A stretch of 48,611 nucleotides of DNA, from contig CAYIKL010000003.1 of the NCBI GenBank assembly GCA_964364045.1, positions 1 through 48,611 on the forward strand. Reading direction: 5' to 3'. Of the stretch, positions 26,456 to 35,318 are shown one piece after another. Below the pieces are notes generated by a model. That model saw only the letters and a program-made list of their open reading frames with translations, was not told where the DNA came from and searched no databases. The DNA is from an uncultured Methanosarcinales archaeon (GTDB lineage Archaea; Nanobdellota; Nanobdellia; Woesearchaeales; JAGLXL01). Position 1 is the first letter of the stretch. Each line of letters opens with the position of its first letter. The translations under genes were made by a program, and so were the position numbers.

Positions 26456-27192
26456 CGTTTCCAAAAGAGTTTTCTGCTGCCGGGGCTCACAACTGGAGAT
26501 AGCTGCTGCTCACCAGAAAGGAGTTTCCTCTCCCGAGATAGGTTTTTGATTCGCTGCTCCAGCAAGGGAGAACGTTCCGTAGCCGCTAACCGCTGCCTCA
26601 ATAAAGGCGAATTTTCAGCGGGCTGCCGTTTCAGCGGACTCTGAACGTCATAACTGCCCGAATGGATTGTTGGTGTAATATCTGCATCATTGGGAACCCA
26701 TAAGGCACGCACAGGAAAACTGTAAGACCCGTTCCAGCCATGCCTGAAGAGTTCAGATCCTGGGATTATTACAGCAACGCTCAACACCTCGCCTCCATAT
26801 GGTTCGATATCAATTTCATAATCAGCTCTCAACTTATCAACATTCAACTTAACGGACAAATACCTGCCCGACTCTGCGCACGCGACCAGTTCAGTCATAA
26901 CACCATCGATACACGGCGAAGGTATTCTTACCCAATCCCGCCGTACAAATTGATCAAGCACGGTTGGAATATCCATACCTTCTTTTATTTTAAAAGAAAC
27001 GCGCGCAACATGAGAACGGCCTGCAACATCTTCGCAGAGGGCACCGAAATTGTCGTAACAGAGAGCAGTTGCTATTTTTCCATAAGATTTACGGCCATTT
27101 TCTTGTACCCCTTTCCCTATGCCAAGGTATGAGCGCATGCCATCATAATACCCAAATGTGACTTCCCTTACCTGAAGCAATTCTGGTCTCAT
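26452..27192 (-). CDS. Hypothetical protein
   Basis: ATG 27192 has TATA tttttaaat about 25 nt upstream; the track start at 27258 is TTG. No recognised motif. Confidence 0.55.
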   Translation of the reverse strand: MRPELLQVREVTFGYYDGMRSYLGIGKGVQENGRKSYGKIATALCYDNFGALCEDVAGRSHVARVSFKIKEGMDIPTVLDQFVRRDWVRIPSPCIDGVMTELVACAESGRYLSVKLNVDKLRADYEIDIEPYGGEVLSVAVIIPGSELFRHGWNGSYSFPVRALWVPNDADITPTIHSGSYDVQSPLKRQPAENSPLLRQRLAATERSPLLEQRIKNLSRERKLLSGEQQLSPVVSPGSRKLFWKR

Positions 27193-27273
27193 AAGCAGTA
27201 CAGCGGCATATCCATTTAAAAACCTTTGGAAAAACAAAAAGCCTTTTAAACAGAACAATTTCCTCTACCCCAC

Positions 27274-27430
27274 GGGCTCATAGCTCAGCCTGGTCAGAGC
27301 GACTGGCTCTTAACGCTCACTGGTGTTCGCAATCTGAGCACCTAGCGTCAGAAACCAGTAGGTCGAGGGTTCGAATCTATTCGGCTCTGCCGAATGGTAG
27401 GAACGAGTAGTGACATTCCCTCTGAGCCCG
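27274..27430 (+). tRNA. tRNA-Lys(CUU) with two introns (about 27313-27353 and about 27377-27417)
   Basis: Acceptor GGGCTCA/TGAGCCC, D-arm GCTC-AGCCTGGTCA-GAGC, anticodon stem ACTGG/CCAGT with loop CTCTTA..A, and T-arm GAGGG-TTCGAAT-[41 nt]-CCCTC. No CCA is encoded. A TATA lies about 27 nt upstream and a T-run follows. Confidence 0.85.
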
Positions 27431-28114
27431 TTATTTTTCTCCAATCACAAACAACAATTCCCTACCGCAGTCCTTCTCATAAGAACGCACAGTAAACCCA
27501 AGATGTGTAAGCATGATGCGCAATTCTGCCTCGCCGTAATTGTTCTTGTAATGCATGCGATGCAACTCTACAACGGGCTGTGGCGACTGGACAAGAACAA
27601 TTGTTCCACCGAATGCAAGAACGCGATGCGCTTCGTTCAATAAATTCCCAAGATTTTGAATATAGCTTGCAACAAAAACCATCGTAATGCTGTCAAACGA
27701 TTCTTCTGCAAATGGTAACTTCTTCTCAAGATTAACCGCAACTTTGTGCATCGCATCATTCAACAGCAGCATTTCTTCAGAAAAGTCAGCAACGACCGAA
27801 CCATCGACATAGGTCACAGAGCCAGCACCAAGATCAAGATTTCTTCCTTTCAAAAATGAAAGCTCATTCTTTATTGCGTCTCTCACTTCTTTCTCAACAC
27901 GCCCTTTCCAGCACAGCGCCTCTGCGTTCCAGAACTGCTCTGCATTCTGCGGCCATTCGCTATAGCGTGGGATTTGCTTTGCCAATTGTGACGCTTTATA
28001 CTGAACACTTTCCAACGACATGCTTTTGCCGACGTAATTCAGCTCCTGAAGTGTCTCAAAGAATTCCTGCTCGGTGCGTTCAAGCAGAGCAGCTGCCCTT
28101 GCCTCTTTTTGCAT
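27431..28114 (-). CDS. Class I SAM-dependent methyltransferase
   Basis: LDLGAGS (motif I), FDSITMVFVASYI and AFGGTIVLV. ATG 28114 has a TATA-like ttttttatact upstream; the track start at 28246 would abut the tRNA-Val promoter. Confidence 0.75.
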   Translation of the reverse strand: MQKEARAAALLERTEQEFFETLQELNYVGKSMSLESVQYKASQLAKQIPRYSEWPQNAEQFWNAEALCWKGRVEKEVRDAIKNELSFLKGRNLDLGAGSVTYVDGSVVADFSEEMLLLNDAMHKVAVNLEKKLPFAEESFDSITMVFVASYIQNLGNLLNEAHRVLAFGGTIVLVQSPQPVVELHRMHYKNNYGEAELRIMLTHLGFTVRSYEKDCGRELLFVIGEK

Positions 28115-28251
28115 AACATGAATAATAGAAAAGGAGTATAAAAAACTTACTGATGAGGTAATCCACTGCAGAGCTGGCCGAGCTATGTTGGATGTTGCGG
28201 CGCTATTTAAACTGGTTAGTTTTATAAAGAGACAATCAGTTTTCAATACTA

Positions 28252-28352
28252 CGGGCTCGTGGTCTAGCGGCTATGACATCTCGTTGACGAACATTGTTCA
28301 GAATCGAGAAGGTCCCCGGTTCGAAATGAAAGACGAATATCCGGGCGGGCCC
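28252..28352 (+). tRNA. tRNA-Val(GAC) with two 14-nt introns (about 28289-28302 and 28326-28339)
   Basis: Acceptor GGGCTCG/CGGGCCC, anticodon stem TCTCG/CGAGA with loop TTGACG..T, and T-arm CCCGG-TTCGAAA-[14 nt]-CCGGG. Both insertions fold as a 4-bp helix plus a 3-nt bulge (TTGA/TCAG + AAT; TTCG/CGAA + TAT). Confidence 0.85.
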
Positions 28353-28365
28353 ACTTTCTAAAAAA

Positions 28366-28468
28366 ATGCCCGGGCGGGGACTTTCAGGAATTTGCCATTT
28401 GAACCCCGGTCACAGCCTGTCACCGAGACACCGGAGGGCCGTATACTATCCAAGCTATACTACCCGGG
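28366..28468 (-). tRNA. tRNA-Arg(CCG) with two introns (12 nt after position 37; 17 nt in the T-loop)
   Basis: Read on the minus strand: acceptor GCCCGGG/CCCGGGC; D-stem GTAT/GTAT (two G-U pairs) with loop AGCTTGGATA; anticodon stem CGGCC/GGCTG with loop CTCCGG[TGTCTCGGTGAC]A; T-arm CGGGG-TTCAAAT-[GGCAAATTCCTGAAAGT]-CCCCG. A T7 run follows. The anticodon-arm parse is less certain than for the other two tRNAs. Confidence 0.7.
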
Positions 28469-28552
28469 CATTGAACTAAAGAGTTGCAAACCACTATTTA
28501 AGACTACCAGAACATTTAAATACACTATTGACCTTATTCTCATTGATAGACG

Positions 28553-29602
28553 ATGGCTGAATACAGCAAATATGCTATTCCGGTGCTTATCGTAAGCGCG
28601 CTAATAGTTTCGCTGCTCATCATCCAGCCATTCATCATTCCCTTAATCACCAGCGCAATTGTCGCATATGCATTCTACCCGTTCTACAAATGGACAAACA
28701 AGAACCTTCTAAAAAACAAGACACTTGCCGCTATCCTTGTTGCACTTGTCGTATTCGTATTGATTACCATTCCTATCCTGATGGTCGCAAACACGATCTC
28801 TCGTGAAGCATACATCATTTATTTGCAGGGAAAGCAGCTCTTGTCAAACGAATTATTGCTCGAAGACTGCACCAGCACAATATGTGAAACAACGCGCAAT
28901 TGGCTCAGCACAACACAAGTGCGCACATCAATTCAAAAAGCGCTTGAAGTGGGAACTACCTATCTTATTAACAGCGCATCAAAATTTATTGTAGGATTGC
29001 CTCGCCGCGCAGTAGAATTATTCATCACATTATTTGCAACATTTTATCTGTTGCGCGATGGTGATAAGGTAACAGAGGCAGTAAAATGCCTGATTGCAAC
29101 ACGAAAGCGCAAATATATCCTCGACCGGTTCAACAGTGTGATGTACGGCGTGATATTTGGCTCGCTCCTTATCGCGCTTGTGCAGGGCATCGTAGGCGCC
29201 ATCGGCTTTGCATTGTTCGGCATCTCATCCCCCATCACTTGGGGCATAGCCATGTTTTTCCTTGCATTAATACCCTACATCGGCACAGGGTTGATATGGG
29301 GCCCGGCTGCATTGCTGCTTATTATCGAAGGTGCTACAAAAGCCCAAAACAGCATGATATGGAAAGGAATCGGATTAGCGCTCTATGGACTGCTAGTCAT
29401 CGCATCGATTGATAACATTCTCAAGCCGAAAATTATTGGCCACCATTCGCGCGTGCATCCCGTGCTAGTACTGGTAGGCATCTTTGGTGGCTTAGCGCTG
29501 ATGGGCGTGCCCGGAATCATTGTGGGTCCAGTCGTGCTGGCCATGACCCTGACATTTCTCGAGCTGTATGTGCATGAAAGGCATTATGATGAACCCGCAT
29601 AA
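28553..29602 (+). CDS. AI-2E family (PerM/UPF0118) transporter
   Basis: About eight TM segments, with the family-typical layout and the C-terminal PVLVLVGIFGG...GIIVGPV region. Confidence 0.85.
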   Translation: MAEYSKYAIPVLIVSALIVSLLIIQPFIIPLITSAIVAYAFYPFYKWTNKNLLKNKTLAAILVALVVFVLITIPILMVANTISREAYIIYLQGKQLLSNELLLEDCTSTICETTRNWLSTTQVRTSIQKALEVGTTYLINSASKFIVGLPRRAVELFITLFATFYLLRDGDKVTEAVKCLIATRKRKYILDRFNSVMYGVIFGSLLIALVQGIVGAIGFALFGISSPITWGIAMFFLALIPYIGTGLIWGPAALLLIIEGATKAQNSMIWKGIGLALYGLLVIASIDNILKPKIIGHHSRVHPVLVLVGIFGGLALMGVPGIIVGPVVLAMTLTFLELYVHERHYDEPA

Positions 29603-30591
29603 ATATCAAACGGTTCTCCAGCTAACGTAATGTCAGGCACACACACTCTCTTCTTTATCTCTAGCCCGAACGTACGTGCAAGCCTATCAAACGTTATTTC
29701 CTGAATCATCGTATCATTCATCCGCGGTTTCAACAGTTCAACAAACCGGGGGTAAAACGCTAACCCGGGAACGCCGGAAAGATGCTCTTTCTGTTTTTCC
29801 TCCAGCGTATGAGGCGCATGATCGGTTTCGATCCAATCAATTTTTCCTTCACATAAATAGTCAAGCATCTGATCTGCCATTGATTTTATCCTCAATGGTG
29901 GATTCATCTTATACAACAGCCCATTTTTCCGTTCCATCTTCTCCGTTCCAAAAAGACAGTGATGCGGTGTTACCCCACACGTGATTTTGATGCTTTTTCT
30001 CGCTGTATCGACAAGATCAACCGCCTCAGGCACAGAGATGTGCGCAATATGCAGTGTACCTTTGAAATTCGCATCTTTAACAAAAGCAATTTGATCTTTA
30101 ACCGACTCAACCTCAGCGATTGGTGGACGCGCTGCTGCATGCGACGATGGCTGCAGTGGATTCCACAAATGCGGCTTCAATAATGATTCTTTCTCGCAAT
30201 GCACCGTAACAGCACCGCCATAGCCGATGTCTGCAAGCGTTTTATACACAGATTGTTGATCAACAACACCCAAATTACCAACAGAATGTGTAGTATAGAG
30301 CTTAAACCCAACAACGTGTGATAGTGAATCATGCGCTTTCACTGCTTCTAGGATCTGCTGTTTATCCGATGTCAAGCCAACATGCAAACCATACCACACC
30401 GGTGAACCTACACTTTCCGCAAGCTCAATGCGCTCTTTTGCCTGCTGCAATGTAAAAATCGGCGGATCGGTGTTGGGCATGTCAAAGATTGCAGTGAAAC
30501 CAGCACGTTCCGCAACCGATAATGCATGAGCGATGGTTTCTTTATACGATTGCTTTCCATCGCGACAGTGGACGTGTGGATCGATGAACAT
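29584..30591 (-). CDS. pyrC: Dihydroorotase-like amidohydrolase (short form)
   Basis: MFIDPHVHCRDG (HxH metal site), TVHCE, HIAHIS and ETDHAPH motifs. It is divergent from pyrE-pyrF-pyrD. TATA ttatttaaa lies 26.5 nt upstream. Confidence 0.75.
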   Translation of the reverse strand: MFIDPHVHCRDGKQSYKETIAHALSVAERAGFTAIFDMPNTDPPIFTLQQAKERIELAESVGSPVWYGLHVGLTSDKQQILEAVKAHDSLSHVVGFKLYTTHSVGNLGVVDQQSVYKTLADIGYGGAVTVHCEKESLLKPHLWNPLQPSSHAAARPPIAEVESVKDQIAFVKDANFKGTLHIAHISVPEAVDLVDTARKSIKITCGVTPHHCLFGTEKMERKNGLLYKMNPPLRIKSMADQMLDYLCEGKIDWIETDHAPHTLEEKQKEHLSGVPGLAFYPRFVELLKPRMNDTMIQEITFDRLARTFGLEIKKRVCVPDITLAGEPFDIYAGSS

Positions 30592-30676
30592 AAGGGCAGA
30601 AGCAGACCATTCTTATTTAAAGATATAGATTATGAACAAAATAAAGTTTTATAAAGCATCAAGAAAGCCCAGCCCC

Positions 30677-31258
30677 ATGTTCAACCAATCTCTCTTCAAC
30701 CAATTCATTCTCGAAAACAAAGTCGTCCAGCGCCTTGACAAACCCGTAACATTAGTCTCAGGGAGACAATCAGACTGGTATGTCAACTGGCGCGATGTCA
30801 CCAGTGATGCATATCTACTTAACAAGCTAACTGACTTCATCCTTGAGTTCATTCAATCACACAACATCGAAGCCGACACGATTTACGGTGTTCCTGAAGG
30901 CGCAACAAAAATTGCAGTGATTACCGGAATAAAACTTGCGCAAAAGAAAAACTGCACCAAAGGCTCACACATCATTGCCATGGGCCGCGCAAAGCCCAAA
31001 GAGCATGGATTGCCCAAAGACCGGTATTTCATCGGCATGCCGAAGGGAAAGACGCTGGTGCTTGAAGACACCACAACAACCGGCGGCTCACTGCTGCGCA
31101 CGATTGCAGCACTCCAGGGATCAGGTGTAGAAATTTCAGGCGTTCTCGTTCTGACTGACAGAAACGAGATGCGCGATGACGGAAAGAGCGTGCAGCAGTT
31201 CTTCAGCGAAAATGGGGTTCCATACTACGCAATGAGCAACGGCACTGAGTTAAAATGA
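30677..31258 (+). CDS. pyrE: Orotate phosphoribosyltransferase
   Basis: PRPP motif LVLEDTTTTGGS. ATG 30677 has TTTATAAA centred 25.5 nt upstream; the track start at 30632 sits too close to the shared TATA. Confidence 0.85.
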   Translation: MFNQSLFNQFILENKVVQRLDKPVTLVSGRQSDWYVNWRDVTSDAYLLNKLTDFILEFIQSHNIEADTIYGVPEGATKIAVITGIKLAQKKNCTKGSHIIAMGRAKPKEHGLPKDRYFIGMPKGKTLVLEDTTTTGGSLLRTIAALQGSGVEISGVLVLTDRNEMRDDGKSVQQFFSENGVPYYAMSNGTELK

Positions 31259-32028
31259 ATTTCACGCAGAAATGGCACAACGCAGTACACCAAAAGAATT
31301 CTATCTTATGCATCGGTTTAGATCCAGCTGAGCCAGGACAGCGAAAACAAGACATAATTGCAGCATCAAAACTCGACTGGTGCCTGAACATCATTGAGCA
31401 GATTGCACCTTACGCTGCAGCAGTCAAGCCAAACAGAAAATACATCAAAGACCTCTCGCGCGACCAAGTGAAACAGATAACCTATGCTATTCACAAACAC
31501 CACATGGTTGCCATCATTGACAGCAAAATAACAGATATAGGAGAAACAAATGATGCTGCGCTGTTTCATGCACAACAGGAAGGCTTTGATGCCATCACAT
31601 TTGCACCATTTGCAGGGAATATGAACGAAGCGGCTGCACAGGCACATGCTCGTCAGCTTGGACTTATCGCATTGGTTCTTATGTCCAACCCTGAATTTGA
31701 AGTGATAAAAAACGCAACCATCAACGGCATGAAAGCATATGAATTTTTTGCAACGCAGGTAAAAGATTCAAATGCAGAGGGCATGGTGATTGGCGCTCCA
31801 AGCAGCAAGAACCACATTACACAGGATGAAATCAGGCGAGTAAGAGAAATAGCTGGAGATAAAATTATCCTTATGCCGGGCGTTGGTGCACAGGGTGGTG
31901 AAGCAAAGGAAATTGTTGAAATATTCGGTGATAAGACGATTGCAAATGTCGGGAGAGCAATCACATACGCACAGGACCCAAGAGAAGAAGCACGAAAGTA
32001 CAAAGAGATGCTAAATAATATACGATGA
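31255..32028 (+). CDS. pyrF: Orotidine 5'-phosphate decarboxylase
   Basis: LCIGLDP, DSKITDIGETN and PGVGAQGG motifs. ATGA overlap with pyrE. Confidence 0.85.
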   Translation: MNFTQKWHNAVHQKNSILCIGLDPAEPGQRKQDIIAASKLDWCLNIIEQIAPYAAAVKPNRKYIKDLSRDQVKQITYAIHKHHMVAIIDSKITDIGETNDAALFHAQQEGFDAITFAPFAGNMNEAAAQAHARQLGLIALVLMSNPEFEVIKNATINGMKAYEFFATQVKDSNAEGMVIGAPSSKNHITQDEIRRVREIAGDKIILMPGVGAQGGEAKEIVEIFGDKTIANVGRAITYAQDPREEARKYKEMLNNIR

Positions 32029-32951
32029 GCTACACGACACGCATTGCGGGAATTGAATTGAAGCATCCCATCTTTAACGCATCGGGAGCATTATGTGTAA
32101 CACGCGAAGAGCTCGAAGCGCTTGGTGCTTCACATGCATCTGCCATCATGACCAAATCATGCACACTGGAACATCGCGATGGCAACCCTGAGCCGCGATA
32201 TCGTGACCTGCCGCATGGCTCAATCAACTCAATGGGGTTGCCTAACCTTGGCTACAAAAAATACATGGACATGTTGCCGCTGTTAAAAAAATACGACAAA
32301 CCTATCATCGCAAGCGTCTCCGGACTTTCTCTGACAGACAACAAGCAGATTATTGCCGCATACAACACTACGCCCATTGACATGATTGAGTTAAACTTAT
32401 CATGCCCAAACATTGCAGGCAAGCCGCAGATAGGTTATGACATGGAGCAAACCGATGACGTGCTGACGGAAATCATGGCAATGACAACAAAACCGCTGGG
32501 CGTGAAACTGCCGCCCTACTTTGATTTTGTCCATTACGAGCATATTGCCAAACTTTTAAACAAGCACAAGGTGAAATTTGTCAGCTGCATCAACTCGCCT
32601 GGCAACACATTGGTGATTGATCCCGAGAATGAGTCGGTGGTGATAAAGCCAAAGGGCGGTTTTGGCGGATTAGGCGGCAAATACATCAAGCCGATTGGTT
32701 TGGCAAACGTCAGGAAATTCTACCAATTGCTGCACAAAGAGATAGATATCATAGGCGTCGGCGGTATTTACACAGGAACAGACGTTTTCGAGTATATCCT
32801 TGCGGGAGCAAAAGCCGTCCAGCTTGGAACCGTTTTCGTGCAGGAGAAGCATGGCTGCTTTGAGCGCATTGAAAAAGAATTTAATGGTATCATGCAGCGG
32901 AAAGGATACAATTCCATTGAAGAAGTGAGGGGGAAGTTGAAGGAGTTATAG
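32025..32951 (+). CDS. pyrD: Dihydroorotate dehydrogenase, class 1A-like
   Basis: It matches the remembered Lactococcus DHOD-A closely along its length (NASGA, MTKSCTLEHRDGNPEPRY, GSINSMGLPNLG, LNLSCPN with the catalytic Cys, VIKPKGGFGGLGG). No pyrK gene is adjacent. Confidence 0.9.
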   Translation: MSYTTRIAGIELKHPIFNASGALCVTREELEALGASHASAIMTKSCTLEHRDGNPEPRYRDLPHGSINSMGLPNLGYKKYMDMLPLLKKYDKPIIASVSGLSLTDNKQIIAAYNTTPIDMIELNLSCPNIAGKPQIGYDMEQTDDVLTEIMAMTTKPLGVKLPPYFDFVHYEHIAKLLNKHKVKFVSCINSPGNTLVIDPENESVVIKPKGGFGGLGGKYIKPIGLANVRKFYQLLHKEIDIIGVGGIYTGTDVFEYILAGAKAVQLGTVFVQEKHGCFERIEKEFNGIMQRKGYNSIEEVRGKLKEL

Positions 32952-33884
32952 ATACGCCCCTTCCTTCATAAATACTTTATGCACACGAACTGCAATCCCT
33001 TTTTCTTTCTCTAAAATTGATGACGAACTCATCTCTGCAATGCCAACCGCAACCAGCTCATCCTTCAGCGTCATCACCGCAGCAATGTCGCTCTTTTCCA
33101 TAGTAGTTAATTTGCTCACACCCGGAACCGCAACATCCCGGCCATGACATATACTTTCCACAGCTGAGTCAAATACCCACACTTTGGGCAGATGCTCAAC
33201 CATTCGCTCTGCCGGCTTGATGCAATGACGGATAAATGCATCATTTCCATTTTTCCACAAAACAAACGCATCTTTCACATCTTGTAATGTGACCACATCT
33301 TCTTCAGTGAAGTGTGCTGCTCTCACACGCCTTAATTCAGCCATGTTCGCGCCCACGCCTAACTTTTTTCCAATGTCAAAGCAGAGCTTTCTGATGTATG
33401 TTCCTGCTTCACAGCTGACTTTAAACAATACATCTTTTCCATCGATTTCAAGAATATCAAACGAATAGACACTTCTTTCACGCAATTGGCGTTTAACCGA
33501 GCTTTTCACTGGCGGCAGCTGCATGATTTTCCCTACAAAAGCATTGATCACACGCCAGAGTTCAGTCTCACTCACTTCTTTATGGAGATGCATGACACCC
33601 ACATACTCTTTTCCCCCTTTCAGCAGCACCTGTGACAATCGTGTTGCACGGCCTAACGTGATGGGCAGAACGCCAGTGACGTTTGGATCCAAACTGCCGC
33701 CATGCCCTGCTTTGTCTATGCCGAGAATCTTCTGTACATGGTCACTGGCCTGATGTGATGTTGGCCCAGCTGGTTTATCAAGATTGATTACCCCAAAGTC
33801 GATGAGCTCTTCAACTGATCGTTCTTCCTGCCGCTTTCCAAATTTTGGATCAGTTGCTTCTTTGCGCTTGATAAATATCTCCAT
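32946..33884 (-). CDS. cbf5: H/ACA RNP pseudouridine synthase Cbf5
   Basis: TruB motif GHGGSLDPNVTGVLPI and a C-terminal PUA domain. TATA cctttttaatcc lies about 26 nt upstream. Confidence 0.9.
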   Translation of the reverse strand: MEIFIKRKEATDPKFGKRQEERSVEELIDFGVINLDKPAGPTSHQASDHVQKILGIDKAGHGGSLDPNVTGVLPITLGRATRLSQVLLKGGKEYVGVMHLHKEVSETELWRVINAFVGKIMQLPPVKSSVKRQLRERSVYSFDILEIDGKDVLFKVSCEAGTYIRKLCFDIGKKLGVGANMAELRRVRAAHFTEEDVVTLQDVKDAFVLWKNGNDAFIRHCIKPAERMVEHLPKVWVFDSAVESICHGRDVAVPGVSKLTTMEKSDIAAVMTLKDELVAVGIAEMSSSSILEKEKGIAVRVHKVFMKEGAYL

Positions 33885-33920
33885 ACCGCAAAAAACAGGA
33901 GAAGGGATTAAAAAGGTTTG

Positions 33921-34787
33921 CTACACAAGCTTCTCTTTCTTCACCATTCTTTTCATCTCAGAAATAGTCTCACTCATAAAATCATCGTAATCTCGACGCA
34001 CAATCTCAACACATTCTTCAAACATCTCAACAAGCGCTTTGTCATGCACCTTCGCCTGCAAAAAGCCCAAAGAAGACCGTGCAATCGTGTTCAGCCGCCC
34101 CAAAAACTTATACCGCGCACGATGCTCCTCGCGCAATGATTTTAAAAAGCTGAAATGCTGCAGATTATGCGCCGTTCCGTGAACGCTTGAAAAATTAGTC
34201 AATATCTTTTTCGTCTGCCTCGATTTCACCACATGCTTCAATCTTTTCATCTGCTTTTTATCAACATCAAAAAATTGCGCAAAGCGATCGACTGCGCGCG
34301 TATCAAGACTATTTCTCAGCGCTTTATACACAAGAGCAGCAAGCTTCCTGTCTCGCTGAGCAGTGAGATGGTCAAAGCAGAACTCAACCACGAAATGCAC
34401 GGCATCATCCTGCGGCATTTTAAGGCTCTTCCGGTACCTCATTACCAATGGCGCAATCTCATCATACATCCGCGCGATGCAGCCGCTTTCTCTTGTAATC
34501 TTTTCGAGCTTATAGCTTCCATCAACCGAATAAAACCGGTTATGCGTGTAATAGTCTAAGCCATGAGGCGATGTGCCATGCAGCACAACCCCAAGACCAA
34601 GATACTTATACTCTTTTCCTACCGACTTCATGAACCGAATGCCCTGCATATGCGTCAACGGCTCAGGTGCAATGCGAAGCTCAGCAACATCGGGTAAGAC
34701 ACTGCCAACAATCAGATAATCTCGATCCCGAGCATCGAGTTTTCCCACAACCGCCAGCGCAGTATACGCGTGAGTAAGTAAGAACAT
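33921..34787 (-). CDS. Hypothetical protein (possible metal-dependent hydrolase)
   Basis: ATG 34787 has TATA ttttataag about 25 nt upstream. The N-terminal LTHAY...GSVLPDV only weakly suggests a His/Asp metal site. Confidence 0.55.
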   Translation of the reverse strand: MFLLTHAYTALAVVGKLDARDRDYLIVGSVLPDVAELRIAPEPLTHMQGIRFMKSVGKEYKYLGLGVVLHGTSPHGLDYYTHNRFYSVDGSYKLEKITRESGCIARMYDEIAPLVMRYRKSLKMPQDDAVHFVVEFCFDHLTAQRDRKLAALVYKALRNSLDTRAVDRFAQFFDVDKKQMKRLKHVVKSRQTKKILTNFSSVHGTAHNLQHFSFLKSLREEHRARYKFLGRLNTIARSSLGFLQAKVHDKALVEMFEECVEIVRRDYDDFMSETISEMKRMVKKEKLV

Positions 34788-34820
34788 ACGCTGAAGAAAC
34801 AAAGATACACTTATAAAATT

Positions 34821-35237
34821 TTAGTTTGATGGCTCTGGGGCCTTTTCTGCTGATTTAAATAAATCAGTCGCGCCTTCCTTCACAATCTTCATGTTGACCT
34901 GCACCGTTTCAGCACTAATCTTCTGGCCACGCACTGCAGTCTTTACGCGCAGACCTTTTTCGGTGTTCCCCCATCGATTGCGTCCCGAAAAGCCAACCCC
35001 TTTGTACGTGTAAATCTTCTGCCGCGTTGCTCCACGTATTCCATGCCGCATGGGAAAGCCAGCAGTATCACTGCCACCGGTGATTTCAAATTCATAGCCT
35101 GCAAATCCAAGCGCATCACCAGAAACCTTTTCACCTATATCCTTGCTGAGCAGCATATCAGCTTGACCGCCCGACAGGTCTTTCTTATAGCTCATCCCCG
35201 TCTTTGGATTGTTGATCGTAAGCTTAAATTCAGCCAT
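34821..35237 (-). CDS. rps6e: Ribosomal protein S6e
   Basis: AEFKLTINNPKTG...GGSDTAGFPMRHG...VRGQ is typical of S6e. ATG 35237 has TTTATAAA centred 27.5 nt upstream. Confidence 0.9.
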   Translation of the reverse strand: MAEFKLTINNPKTGMSYKKDLSGGQADMLLSKDIGEKVSGDALGFAGYEFEITGGSDTAGFPMRHGIRGATRQKIYTYKGVGFSGRNRWGNTEKGLRVKTAVRGQKISAETVQVNMKIVKEGATDLFKSAEKAPEPSN

Positions 35238-35260
35238 GGATGGCAAAAATAATGAGCCGT

Positions 35261-35291
35261 TTATAAATGTTGCCACCCAAACTTTATAAAC
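35261..35291. promoter_or_regulatory. Two back-to-back TTTATAAA boxes for divergent rps6e and the 35319 operon
   Basis: TTTATAAA at 35261-35268 is 27.5 nt from ATG 35237 (minus strand). TTTATAAA at 35284-35291 is about 31 nt from ATG 35319 (plus strand). Confidence 0.45.
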
Positions 35292-35318
35292 CCCCATTTC
35301 CTCACTAACCAAAAAGAG

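Noticed and set aside
28392-28595. A 67-aa ORF, together with ORF 27410-27643.
   Set aside because: The first overlaps the minus-strand tRNA-Arg gene and its promoter. The second overlaps the tRNA-Lys 3' end and is antisense to the methyltransferase gene.
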